The notes below the pieces were generated by a model. The model was not told the DNA's origin. It did no database searches and worked only from the letters and a program-made list of their open reading frames with translations. From a virus (taxonomy: Duplodnaviria > Caudoviricetes), in IMG/VR virus record IMGVR_UViG_3300031857_000216, positions 1 through 57,795 of that record: 57,795 nucleotides of DNA; one strand, 5' to 3'. Every line of letters begins with the position of its first letter. Position 1 is the first letter of the stretch. Shown one piece after another: positions 46,066-54,420 of the stretch. Position numbers and translations under genes: made by a program.

Positions 46066-46350
46066 TCACTGGTCAACGCGGCTCAGCAGTCCCGCTACGC
46101 CGGACAGGGCAAGAATGCCGCATACGAACGTCGTGGGTACGGTCGCTATTTTATACATGCTCATAACCAGTGATGCAGTCCAAATACTTGCGCACCAGTC
46201 GCAGGTGAGTACGTAGCCGATCCCGTTGCCGCTCGGCGGAAACCGTCGCCAGATCCGCTCGCGGATGGGATTGAGAATGACGTCTGTCGTGATCAATCTG
46301 GTCAGGCGGTAGACCGCGAGCGCAAGAATAAGGTAGTCAAGCCAGCTCAT
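46066..46350 (-). CDS. DUF1360-like membrane protein
   Basis: LAVYRLTRLITTD.I..P.R and LTC.WC.S.W, with two hydrophobic segments. Confidence 0.8.
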   Translation of the reverse strand: MSWLDYLILALAVYRLTRLITTDVILNPIRERIWRRFPPSGNGIGYVLTCDWCASIWTASLVMSMYKIATVPTTFVCGILALSGVAGLLSRVDQ

Positions 46351-46724
46351 CGCGGGTCCCTGTCTGAGTACACCGTGTTGTACGGGTTCCACGCCCGAAG
46401 CCCCGAGCCGCAGCCGCAGTTCTCGTCCTTGAAGAAGACAAGAACCTTTCCGGTGCTGGTTCGGACCCTCATGGGCTTGGCGCGATTTTTCTGAAGACGA
46501 AGCGATCCGGCGTCGTAGCCCTCCTTGAAGATCAGGGTCGGGCCCGCGTTCGCGTCCGCGGCGATCAGCACCGTGCTGTCCGTGACGACGATGCGAACCC
46601 GGGTGACCCGCCGGGCATGAGGAACGTTGTCGTTGTAGTCAACGGTCTCGTAGTCGATGCCCTCGGCGTCCTGCGCCGGAATGACGAGAATCTTTGCGGG
46701 AAACAGGTCGATTGCGATCTTCAT
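46347..46724 (-). CDS. hypothetical protein
   Basis: Start ATG 46724 (RBS GGAAGG); C-terminal CGCG. Confidence 0.7.
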   Translation of the reverse strand: MKIAIDLFPAKILVIPAQDAEGIDYETVDYNDNVPHARRVTRVRIVVTDSTVLIAADANAGPTLIFKEGYDAGSLRLQKNRAKPMRVRTSTGKVLVFFKDENCGCGSGLRAWNPYNTVYSDRDPR

Positions 46725-46726
46725 GA

Positions 46727-47347
46727 TTACCTTCCTAGCCTTCGTGCCATCGCGCGATAGGTCACTCCCGCGGCGGCGGCAAGCTCGCGAACGGACGCGC
46801 CGGCGCTGTACATGCGCACGCACGTGTCCGTCAGCTCGGCGTTCGCCCGGGCAAGCGGGCTGTCGGGATTCGTTCGCGCTCGGTATCGCCGGGCGACGGG
46901 AGCAAGCGACGCGATGCGATCGCGCGTCCGCGGAGTAAGCACGGGCGCCTCGGGATTGTAGACGCGTCGCCTCGGCGCGACGACCACCGCCGTCTTCTGC
47001 CGGGCGGCGGAGGCGGGCGAGGAGGTAGGAGAGGTAGAGGCGTGAGGAGTTGCTCTTGAGCCTGACTTTTCCGCCGCGGCTATTGTTGAATAGGCGGAGG
47101 AGGAGGAGTAGGAAGAGGGAGAAGGGATGGGAGGGAGGGGTTGTGTGTGCGGGGTGCGTTGCGGGGACGTGACCCAGGCGCGAACGGAGGAGCGCTGCTT
47201 GGGCGGGTCGAACGCATTTGCGATGGAGGCGAGGGACCAGCCTGCCTCGACCAGGTCGCGCGCACGCGCCTTGAGGTCTGGACCAGTCAACGCGCGGAGC
47301 AACTCACACTCGCTCTCGGGGAGGACCTGCCTTGCCTTATGACTCAC
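46727..47347 (-). CDS. double helix-turn-helix DNA-binding protein
   Basis: LVEAGWSLASIANAF and YSAGASVRELAAAAGVTYRAMARRL joined by a Ser/Pro linker. Confidence 0.75.
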   Translation of the reverse strand: MSHKARQVLPESECELLRALTGPDLKARARDLVEAGWSLASIANAFDPPKQRSSVRAWVTSPQRTPHTQPLPPIPSPSSYSSSSAYSTIAAAEKSGSRATPHASTSPTSSPASAARQKTAVVVAPRRRVYNPEAPVLTPRTRDRIASLAPVARRYRARTNPDSPLARANAELTDTCVRMYSAGASVRELAAAAGVTYRAMARRLGR

Positions 47348-47428
47348 GGTTGCTTATTGTATCACTACGTCTGCGTGTACAGGTCGTGATTCGTCAATAA
47401 CGACGCGCGAAAAGTAGAGCCTCAGCCC

Positions 47429-47566
47429 TCAACCTTCGCCATATTCCTTCAGCACGCGGCGGTAGATGTACGCGTCAAACTTCTCGCGCTTCTCAACAAC
47501 GCGGCGGCGGTTCTTCTCGGCGCGCTTTTGCTTGCGCTGTGCAATCTTTGCTGTGTTCTTTCGCAT
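47429..47566 (-). CDS. small basic protein (leaderless)
   Basis: MRKNTAKIAQRKQKRAEKNRRR; TATAGT 6 nt upstream of the ATG. Confidence 0.6.
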   Translation of the reverse strand: MRKNTAKIAQRKQKRAEKNRRRVVEKREKFDAYIYRRVLKEYGEG

Positions 47567-47607
47567 GCGTGCACTATAACACGGAAATACCTGCGCGCGA
47601 AAAGTTG

Positions 47608-47688
47608 TGTACAAAGAAGGGGAGTAGTACATTTAGGTATGAGATCTTGCGTGCTTTGTACAAACCGGAGAAGTAGTACCTTTAGGTA
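47608..47688. repeat. two direct repeats TGTACAAA-N7-AGTAGTAC(A/C)TTTAGGTA with 49-bp period
   Basis: Copies start at 47608 and 47657 in an AT-rich intergenic stretch. Confidence 0.8.
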
Positions 47689-48272
47689 AAGTGATTTTGG
47701 CGATTGAGAGGGTAGCGGTTACTTCCGAGGCCGACCCTGCACGTCACCAGGCATGCGGGCAGGCAGGCCATTGCCGCTGCGCTCTGAGCGGCGGCTCAGT
47801 CGGCGCGTGAGTGACAAGGGCAGGCCTCAGTGACTCAGTAGTCGTTGGCCTGAGACGTCGTTTGGTGGAGAGGCAGTGAGAGCCTGTGGCCATGGTGGCC
47901 TGCCAGCCTGGCGACGGCCTACCAGCCTGGCCAGGTCGATGGCGATGGCCTGGGAAGGCACCAGGAGCCGCCAGGAGCCGCCGATAATGGTCAGGACGGA
48001 TTTGCAGGCCTGACAGGTCCTCGAGGCCTGTCAGAGCCCTAGCCAGAGCAAGTGGCGACGGCGAGAGGTCGGTCGGCGCGTTGGCGCGCTGGCGAGCAGG
48101 CCCGCTGGCATGCCGGCGGCCATCGAGTCGCTGGCGCGTCGGCTGGCGCGCTGTTGGCGGCCAAGACGAGTCGGTTCGTCGAGTCGTCGGGTCGCCGGCG
48201 GCGAGCGATGGTCGTCGGCTAGCGGCCTCGAGCCGCATTGGCCATTGGCACCAGGGCCCGCATACCCGCATC

Positions 48273-48292
48273 GAAAAAGTTCGAACTTTTTC
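48273..48292. promoter_or_regulatory. perfect 20-bp palindrome (operator-like)
   Basis: GAAAAAGTTC|GAACTTTTTC just upstream of the -35 element. Confidence 0.7.
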
Positions 48293-48303
48293 CGCTTCGA
48301 TGG

Positions 48304-48331
48304 TTTACTTCTCCGTCGTGGTTGTTATAAT
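48304..48331 (+). promoter_or_regulatory. sigmaA-type promoter for the plus-strand gene
   Basis: TTTACT-16 nt-TATAAT, with TGn extended -10. Confidence 0.7.
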
Positions 48332-48375
48332 GACTTCCAGCGGCACCGCAAGGGCCGCGGACGAAAGGACAAATC

Positions 48376-48621
48376 ATGCTCATCACCACCGCAAAGGTTG
48401 CCATCAAGGTCGGCCGCTCGAAGGCGGCCCGCAAGGCGGCCCGCAAGGCCGTCGAGTTCGCCCGAGAGAACGTGACCGTGGACACCGAGGCACGCGCCCT
48501 GGACATCGAGGTCGGCGGCAAGGTGCTCAGGGTCGACCGCAACACCTTCAAGCGCAACCGCAACGCCGAGTCGGTGCCCGCAATCGAGAGCCCGTTCCCC
48601 GAGAGCGACCCCTTCCTCTAA
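48376..48621 (+). CDS. small basic protein, the only clear plus-strand gene
   Basis: RBS GAAAGGA, promoter upstream, terminator downstream, KAARKAARKA repeat. Confidence 0.8.
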   Translation: MLITTAKVAIKVGRSKAARKAARKAVEFARENVTVDTEARALDIEVGGKVLRVDRNTFKRNRNAESVPAIESPFPESDPFL

Positions 48622-48639
48622 CGCAACCCGCAACAGCGA

Positions 48640-48673
48640 GAAGGCCCCTACCGCTGATGCGGCAGGGGCCTTC
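48640..48673. terminator. hairpin terminator between convergent genes
   Basis: GAAGGCCCCT-A-CCGC-TGAT-GCGG-C-AGGGGCCTTC. Confidence 0.7.
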
Positions 48674-48701
48674 ATCGTTCGCGGCGTCGAGCCGGACGTC
48701 G

Positions 48702-49157
48702 TCAGTCGACGATGACCGTGACGTTCGGGTCGCCGGCAAAGATCGCCTCAAGGGTAGCCGCATCGACGAGGCCGCTGACCTCGAGCTTGTTCGCGGCCTG
48801 GAACTCCTTGACCGCCTTGAGCGTGAGGTCGCCATACCAGCCGTCCTTGTCGGAGCCCGCATCGCGGAATCCCAGCTCAGTCAGTCGGCGCTGCAGATGA
48901 TGCACCGACAGCGACTTGCGCGTCATGCGGCTCTTGAAGACGCAGCGGCTGAGGAAGACGTCGTCGGTCGGGCCGGCGCCTACGACGGCGTTGGCTACCG
49001 CTACAGGCTTCGACCGCGGCGCCGTCTTCGGCTCGGGCTTCGCCTCGGCGGCAGGCTCGGCGGCAGGCTCGGCGGCAGGCTCGGGCGCAGCGGCAGGCGC
49101 CTCGGTCTGCTCGATGGCGTCGGCTTCGGTTTCGGTGGTTTCAGGTTCCTGAGTCAT
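48702..49157 (-). CDS. peptidoglycan-binding (PG_binding_1-like) domain protein
   Basis: V..LQRRL.ELG...DG.YG..T..AV.EFQ...L.VSG.VD..T; N-terminal PAAE repeats. Confidence 0.8.
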   Translation of the reverse strand: MTQEPETTETEADAIEQTEAPAAAPEPAAEPAAEPAAEAKPEPKTAPRSKPVAVANAVVGAGPTDDVFLSRCVFKSRMTRKSLSVHHLQRRLTELGFRDAGSDKDGWYGDLTLKAVKEFQAANKLEVSGLVDAATLEAIFAGDPNVTVIVD

Positions 49158-49207
49158 GGTTGCATTCTACCTTGTCTGGTCGGGGTCGTGGTTGTCGCTG
49201 TGGACGT

Positions 49208-50623
49208 CTACCGCGGCTTGAACACCCTGGCGCCACCGCTACCCTGCCCGCCGCGGAACGACGGGAGGCGGCGAGCCGCAGGCGAGTGCGCGGTGATCTT
49301 GCCGCCGACGAATCCTTGCGGCGGCTTGATGAGCAGCGCTGTCAGCGCGTGCACGAGCGCGTCAACGCGGTCCGGCGACTTACCCTCGCCGGGAATCCAT
49401 GAGCACATCTGCGACTCGAGGTCTGCGATGTAGCCGACGTGATGCACGCGGTTCTGTTCGTAGGCGAGCGTGACGGGTTCGGCGCGCAGCGCCTTGCCAT
49501 ACTTCGAGTGAACCTCGAGCACGGTGATCTTCGGGTCGATCGAGTTGATCGCGTTGCGGACGAGCGCACCGCCCTGGTTAACCTCGGCTACGACGGGGCA
49601 CGACCACTTGCGCGCCATCTCGACGACGCGGTTGGCCCAGGTCTCCGGCGAGCCATGAATGGACGCGTCCTCGAGCACCCAAGCCTGGCGTCGGTACAGG
49701 TCGCGGTCGGCGGTCGACGCGCAGACAACGATCCCGCATTCGTCGCGAGGGTTCTCGGCGACGGACGGGTCGACGCCGATGACGCGCAGCGGCGTGCCGA
49801 TCGGATACGCGGTGTGGCGGCTTTCCTCGATCGACTCGATCGTCCACAAGGCGCCTTCGACGTCATCGAGCATCTCGCCGAACAGCTCCTGTGCGGCGAG
49901 GCGCGTACCTTCGTAGACGCCGACGATGGTGTTGAGGTAGGCCTCGGAGAGGTTGCCTGCATTGTCGAGCGTTGACCCTCGCGACACGACGACGCGGCCG
50001 GGATACTTCTCGGACTCGCGAAGCAGCGAGTACAGCAGCGGCACGCGCTTGGGCGTGGTCGTGACCATGATCTTGGGGTTGGCGCCGAGTCGCGTTCCAA
50101 CGCGAAGGTTGTCGAACGCGGTCATGCCAGCGGCGTCGGGCGTCTGCCTCCACGCGGCGATCTCGTCGCCCCAGGCGTGCGTGAACTGTGGGCCTCGGAG
50201 CGAGTCAGGCTCGTCAGCGGTGAAGCACGTAGCCGTGTTGCCGTTCGGCCAAGTCAGCCTTCGCTTCGATGGTTCGTACAGCGGCTTCTCGCTTGGCGGG
50301 CTCACGTTCATGATGCCGGACTCGCCCTCAACGATGACGTCGCGTACGTCGGCGGCGGTACGCGCGACGAGCGCGAAGCGGCGCTGACCCGTGGTCGTGT
50401 ACTTCGCCTCCTCGCGAACCCACTCCGCCGCGGTCCTCGTCTTGCCAGCGCCTCGGCCGGCGAGGAACATCCAGATGTTCCAGTCCCCCGGCGGGATCTG
50501 CTGCTCTGGTCTACCCCAAGCCTTCCAGTCCCACAGGAGCGTTTCCATGTCAACGCCTTCGAGAATAGCGCGCTGCTCGTCTGCGGGCAGCGCCGCAATC
50601 TGTTCCATCACGCTTTTTCCCAT
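49208..50623 (-). CDS. terL: terminase large subunit
   Basis: AGRGAGKT Walker A, AWGDE Walker B, TTTP, VIGVDP and SPDRVDA nuclease motifs. Confidence 0.95.
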   Translation of the reverse strand: MGKSVMEQIAALPADEQRAILEGVDMETLLWDWKAWGRPEQQIPPGDWNIWMFLAGRGAGKTRTAAEWVREEAKYTTTGQRRFALVARTAADVRDVIVEGESGIMNVSPPSEKPLYEPSKRRLTWPNGNTATCFTADEPDSLRGPQFTHAWGDEIAAWRQTPDAAGMTAFDNLRVGTRLGANPKIMVTTTPKRVPLLYSLLRESEKYPGRVVVSRGSTLDNAGNLSEAYLNTIVGVYEGTRLAAQELFGEMLDDVEGALWTIESIEESRHTAYPIGTPLRVIGVDPSVAENPRDECGIVVCASTADRDLYRRQAWVLEDASIHGSPETWANRVVEMARKWSCPVVAEVNQGGALVRNAINSIDPKITVLEVHSKYGKALRAEPVTLAYEQNRVHHVGYIADLESQMCSWIPGEGKSPDRVDALVHALTALLIKPPQGFVGGKITAHSPAARRLPSFRGGQGSGGARVFKPR

Positions 50624-50668
50624 GCGGGAATTGTATCACTGAAACGCGATGTACAAGGCGGACGCGCG

Positions 50669-51472
50669 CTAGTCGATTGGCACGACGGTCAGCGCGTCGC
50701 TGGTCGGACGCTGGTTGCCGTCGCTGGGCACGTTGACGACGCGACCGCGATACACCATCGTTGACGAGCCGCCGCCGTCGAGATTGTACGCCTCAACGCA
50801 GCCTCGGCGCTTCATCATGTCCGCGAGCTCGACGAGCGTCATGCCTCGGCTAGCCGACGACCTACCGTCCACGACGACGACGAGGTAGTGATACGGCGCG
50901 ACCATGCACACGGCTGTCCGCGGGTGCCTCGAGCTGTAGGCGTCAACGCTGAACGCCGCGTTGCCCGCTCGCATCTGCTGCTCGGTCAGCGGCACGCCGT
51001 CGTTGATGAGCCACGGGCCGAACGACAGCGTCTCGAGGACGCCGCCGGCGACTAGCTTCCCGGCGGTCGTCGTTCGCTCGTCGTAGAGCGCGAGGGTGCC
51101 GTCCGCGTTGATGGCGAGACCGTGGCGCGTCGGCACGTTGACGTAGGTCGACCCGCCGCGGATGACGATGCCATCGGATCGGTAGTCGTAGAAGTCGGCG
51201 TTGACGGCGAGCTCGGCGCCGGCGACCTCCGCGATCTGCAGCGTCGTCTGCCTCGAGCCGAGTGCCCTCGCCGTGGCAAGCCGCATGTCCCTGATCTCGG
51301 CGACGTAGTACACGACGCCGCCCTCGCTGACGGTCGAGACCTCGAGGCTCGGCGACGGCTTTCGCTCGGGAGGCGTCGAGTCGGTTGGCGCGCTGACGCG
51401 ATCGGCACTCGAGCACGCCGCAACGACAACCGCGAGGAACGTGAACGCCGCTACAGCTTTTCTGCTACCCAT
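50669..51472 (-). CDS. phosphodiester glycosidase (NAGPA/DUF2233) family lipoprotein
   Basis: Signal peptide with lipobox VAAC; AVNADF, HPRTA, VVVDGR, GMTL.ELA and AYNLDGGGSSTM. Confidence 0.85.
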   Translation of the reverse strand: MGSRKAVAAFTFLAVVVAACSSADRVSAPTDSTPPERKPSPSLEVSTVSEGGVVYYVAEIRDMRLATARALGSRQTTLQIAEVAGAELAVNADFYDYRSDGIVIRGGSTYVNVPTRHGLAINADGTLALYDERTTTAGKLVAGGVLETLSFGPWLINDGVPLTEQQMRAGNAAFSVDAYSSRHPRTAVCMVAPYHYLVVVVDGRSSASRGMTLVELADMMKRRGCVEAYNLDGGGSSTMVYRGRVVNVPSDGNQRPTSDALTVVPID

Positions 51473-51876
51473 GTCTCTCCATTCCACCACACGACGCGAC
51501 GCACGCCGGCCTCCCGCAAGACGGGGACGCATCGGGCGCACGGATGCGACGCGAGCAGCTTCCCCTTGGCGCCCAAGCGGGCGACGTAGATTGTACCGCC
51601 GCGACCGTTGTTGTACGCGCGAAGCACAGCGCGCACCTCCGCATGAACGGACTGCTCGGTGTACGGCGCAACGTGTGAGTTCCGCAATCGGTTCGACGCG
51701 GACGTGACCCTGCCGGCGACAACGAGCGTTGCGCCGACGCGTGTGCGATGAAGTGACGCCTCGGCGGAGCGGATGGCGCGAGCGACGTAGCCGCGTTCGT
51801 TGCGAGCAACCGAGGCGTCGAAGCCGTAGTTGCGATCCCGCAATCCGCTGCGCTGTCGCGCCGAGGCGACGCTCAC
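51451..51876 (-). CDS. second cytidine deaminase-superfamily protein
   Basis: H.TRVGA, SVHAEV, TIYVAR and SHPCARC. Start GTG 51876 or TTG 51843; the longer upstream ORF part overlaps the next gene. Confidence 0.8.
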   Translation of the reverse strand: MSVASARQRSGLRDRNYGFDASVARNERGYVARAIRSAEASLHRTRVGATLVVAGRVTSASNRLRNSHVAPYTEQSVHAEVRAVLRAYNNGRGGTIYVARLGAKGKLLASHPCARCVPVLREAGVRRVVWWNGETWVAEKL

Positions 51877-51877
51877 G

Positions 51878-52450
51878 TCAGAGGCCGAACTTCTTTCGGC
51901 ACTCGGGCCCGAGCTGAAGCTCACGGGAGCGCTGGTCGGTGAGCTCGGCGCCGCAGGAACCGCAGCAGGCGTAGTGCTCGCCGAACATCCGCGTGTAGCT
52001 GTACGGATCGGCCGCGATGATTCCGACGACCGCCTTGACGCTCGCGGCGGAAAGCTTGCTCCGGTTGAAGCGACCGGGCGCGCCGTGAAGCTGGCGCATG
52101 TAGAGCGTGCCCATGTACTCGCGGATCTCGAAGAACGCGAGGTCGCCGCTGAAGCTGTCGTCCGCGTCGGTGAGCTCGAGCACGTCGGTCGGCACGGCGT
52201 AGCGCGACTTGGGCACCGAGGCGAGCAGCGTCTGCATCGGCGAGCGGGTGCTCGAGGCGGCCTTGCGCTTGGGCAGGTCGAAGAGCTTGCTGATGAGGCC
52301 CGAGGCGTCGCTCTTGGAGAGCGTGCCGTCCGCGATCGCCTGCTTGATGAGCTCTTGCTGCTCGGGGTCAACCTCGCGGGAGTCGAGCAGGTCGGTGATG
52401 AAGCCGATCTGCTTGGGCGAGGCCGCGTAGGTGATGTGCGTCGTTGTCAT
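51878..52450 (-). CDS. DUF6011-like Zn-ribbon protein
   Basis: ASPKQ..FI..L N-terminus and CGSCGAELTD..S....LGPEC C-terminus; RBS GAAAGGA. Confidence 0.8.
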   Translation of the reverse strand: MTTTHITYAASPKQIGFITDLLDSREVDPEQQELIKQAIADGTLSKSDASGLISKLFDLPKRKAASSTRSPMQTLLASVPKSRYAVPTDVLELTDADDSFSGDLAFFEIREYMGTLYMRQLHGAPGRFNRSKLSAASVKAVVGIIAADPYSYTRMFGEHYACCGSCGAELTDQRSRELQLGPECRKKFGL

Positions 52451-52500
52451 TGGTTCCTTTCGTCGCCGGGACCGCCCCGGCATGAACAACTATAACTTCC

Positions 52501-52656
52501 TCAGAAGTTCTTCCCGCCGGCGACGTCCGCCTGCAGCTCGCGCACGAGCGCCCGCAATCGCTCGATCTCGGCCGCTGCCTCGAGCATGACTGTGAACGGC
52601 GGCTGCTGATCGTCCCACGCGCGAAGTCGCGCGACGATGTCGTCGCTCACGGTCAC
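52501..52656 (-). CDS. small hypothetical phage protein
   Basis: Not in the ORF track. SDDIVARLR...EAAAEIERLRA pattern; GTG overlaps the upstream stop. Confidence 0.6.
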   Translation of the reverse strand: MTVSDDIVARLRAWDDQQPPFTVMLEAAAEIERLRALVRELQADVAGGKNF

Positions 52657-52988
52657 CGCTCCCAGTAGGCCCGCGGTGGGTGGTGATGCGCGAGCTGCTC
52701 GCGAGCGGTGTAGCGGCTGTCGTACGACTCACCGATAGCGAGGCCGTCGTCCTGGACGAGCGTCACCTGGTGACCGCAGTCCTCGCTGTCGCAGGTCGCG
52801 ACGGTCGGCTCGAACGCCTCCCAGGGCACCTCGACCGTGTTCCAGCCGGCGCCGACGTCGCTGTACTCCGTCTGCGTCTTCACCGGCGTGCAGCACTCGG
52901 AGCCGCACTTGGGGCAGATCCACCAGGCGCCGTCGTCATCGAGGGCCAGGTTCTTCAGGGTCTCGGTTGTGTGTGTCGTTGTGTCCAC
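52653..52988 (-). CDS. Zn-ribbon hypothetical protein
   Basis: GTG 52988 with RBS GAAAGGA; CPKC ... CDSEDC. Confidence 0.65.
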   Translation of the reverse strand: MDTTTHTTETLKNLALDDDGAWWICPKCGSECCTPVKTQTEYSDVGAGWNTVEVPWEAFEPTVATCDSEDCGHQVTLVQDDGLAIGESYDSRYTAREQLAHHHPPRAYWER

Positions 52989-53092
52989 GTTGTTCCTTTC
53001 GTCTTGCCAGCCACCGCGGCTGGCAGGTATCACATTATCTTCCGGAGATCTCTCTCCGGCACCTTTCACTTGGCACCTACCGCGAGGGTAGG

Positions 53093-53131
53093 TGCGGCCC
53101 GGCCGGAGAAAGGATAAGCCGACCGGGCCGC
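53093..53131 (-). terminator. GC-rich hairpin
   Basis: GCGGCCCGG..CGG/CCG..CCGGGCCGC right after a stop codon. Confidence 0.55.
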
Positions 53132-53135
53132 GATC

Positions 53136-53429
53136 TTACTCGGAGGACGGCCCCTCGGCAACGAGCTGACCGTTCACCCAGTTGCGCGGAAGCTCGTAGC
53201 CGCAGTGATCGCACGTCCACCACTCGCCGGCTTCGAAGTTCGGGACGGGCATCTCGTGCGCGCCGCCGCAACCCCAGCACGAGATTGGGCGAAGCGAGCG
53301 CTGACCGCGTTCGCGGTAGCCGATGTCGTGCTGCTCGATGACGTGGCTCATGTGATCGGTCATCTTGACGAACCGCTCCTTGCAGTAGAGACACTCGTAC
53401 TTCGTCCGATCCTTCGGAACTCGAGGCAT
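53136..53429 (-). CDS. C2H2 zinc finger + C4 Zn-ribbon protein
   Basis: CLYC-x12-H-x4-H, then CWGC...CDHC; TGATG coupling. Confidence 0.7.
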   Translation of the reverse strand: MPRVPKDRTKYECLYCKERFVKMTDHMSHVIEQHDIGYRERGQRSLRPISCWGCGGAHEMPVPNFEAGEWWTCDHCGYELPRNWVNGQLVAEGPSSE

Positions 53430-53773
53430 CAGAACCTCGCGTCGACTGCCTCGTCGTCGGTGACGTCGAGCATCGCCTCCCAGACATTCCCGCACGCCTT
53501 GGCGAACTTGGAACCGCGAGAGTCGTAGACTCGGTTCTTGAAGTTTCCGTAGTCCATCGTCTCGACGTGAGCAACGAGGAATGATGCGAGCTCCTCGCGA
53601 GTCACGTGAACTCGGTAGGGGTAGTCCGTGCCTCGGAAGCTGACAATCTTGGTGTCCGCGAGCTCCGCAAGCATCTCGAGCGACTTCTTGTCACGGGCGC
53701 GAACCGCGAGCTTGCCGGGCTCCATTCCGTTGTCAACGGCGCTGATGAAGCCGCTTTCAGTAAAAATCCACAT
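53429..53773 (-). CDS. conserved-looking hypothetical phage protein
   Basis: MWIFT..GF.SAV, L.VRAR, TDY.YR and DY.NFK pattern. Confidence 0.75.
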   Translation of the reverse strand: MWIFTESGFISAVDNGMEPGKLAVRARDKKSLEMLAELADTKIVSFRGTDYPYRVHVTREELASFLVAHVETMDYGNFKNRVYDSRGSKFAKACGNVWEAMLDVTDDEAVDARF

Positions 53774-53823
53774 TGTCTTTTCTTCTTTCTGTCGTTGTGT
53801 CTTTTGGTGTGCGTTTGAGCGTG

Positions 53824-54018
53824 TTAGCTCTTGAGCTGCACGTGCTCCGGAACGTCCGACATCGGACGCTCCTCAACTGTGACCTCGCCGTACTCCGACG
53901 AGAGCGTGCGAACCGCGTTGTCACGTCCGGCCGCAAGCGACCAGACAACGATCTCGTTGCCCGCGTTGTCCTGGGCCGAGATGCGGAACGCTACCTCTGG
54001 GTTCTGATCTTCTTCCAT
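53824..54018 (-). CDS. hypothetical protein
   Basis: RBS GAGGAG; 64 aa. Confidence 0.65.
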   Translation of the reverse strand: MEEDQNPEVAFRISAQDNAGNEIVVWSLAAGRDNAVRTLSSEYGEVTVEERPMSDVPEHVQLKS

Positions 54019-54243
54019 GTCAATTCTCCTCTGTGTTTGGCGTACCGGGCGAGCGCTACGCCCGCCCGGTACTCCGCTAATATCCTACTCGCGTCGGGAA
54101 CGGATTATCACGCCGCGAGGGCGTGCATTCGCGCAACAGACGCATTTGACTGCGACTCGAGCGAGCACCGAACATCCCTAGCGCATTTCAACGCGCATTG
54201 GATAACCTAGTTGGCTGGGCAATTATACATTCCTCAGAACATC

Positions 54244-54417
54244 TCAGAGAGATGACTTCGGAGCGAGAATCGCCATAATCACGCCATAAAACCCGAACCC
54301 GAGGACGAGTCCGGTGTCAGCCTCGAGAACTCCCGCCGCGAACGACCCAAAGCCTGCGAGCAGCGCGAAGACCGCAATCCAAACGACGTTCCGCAGCCGC
54401 GAGAACAGCGTCGGCAT
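54244..54417 (-). CDS. small two-TM membrane protein
   Basis: Not in the ORF track. MPTLFSRLRNVVWIAVFALLAGFGSFAAGVLEADTGLVLGFGFYGVIMAILAPKSSL. Confidence 0.6.
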   Translation of the reverse strand: MPTLFSRLRNVVWIAVFALLAGFGSFAAGVLEADTGLVLGFGFYGVIMAILAPKSSL

Positions 54418-54420
54418 TGG

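Noticed and set aside
47608-47688. Possible mini-CRISPR array
   Set aside because: Only two degenerate copies, with a spacer of about 17 nt and no cas genes. Kept as a direct repeat.
47744-48271. 175-aa minus-strand ORF in the control region
   Set aside because: No RBS, atypical composition, low-complexity product.
49043-49083. 12-bp tandem repeat
   Set aside because: Explained by the PAAE peptide linker.
48081-49433. 450-aa plus-strand ORF
   Set aside because: Arg-rich low-complexity translation overlapping two better-supported genes and a terminator.
51877-52371. N-terminal extension of the 306-aa deaminase ORF
   Set aside because: Out-of-frame overlap with the DUF6011-like gene; Ser/Arg-rich nonsense. 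The real start is probably 51876 or 51843.
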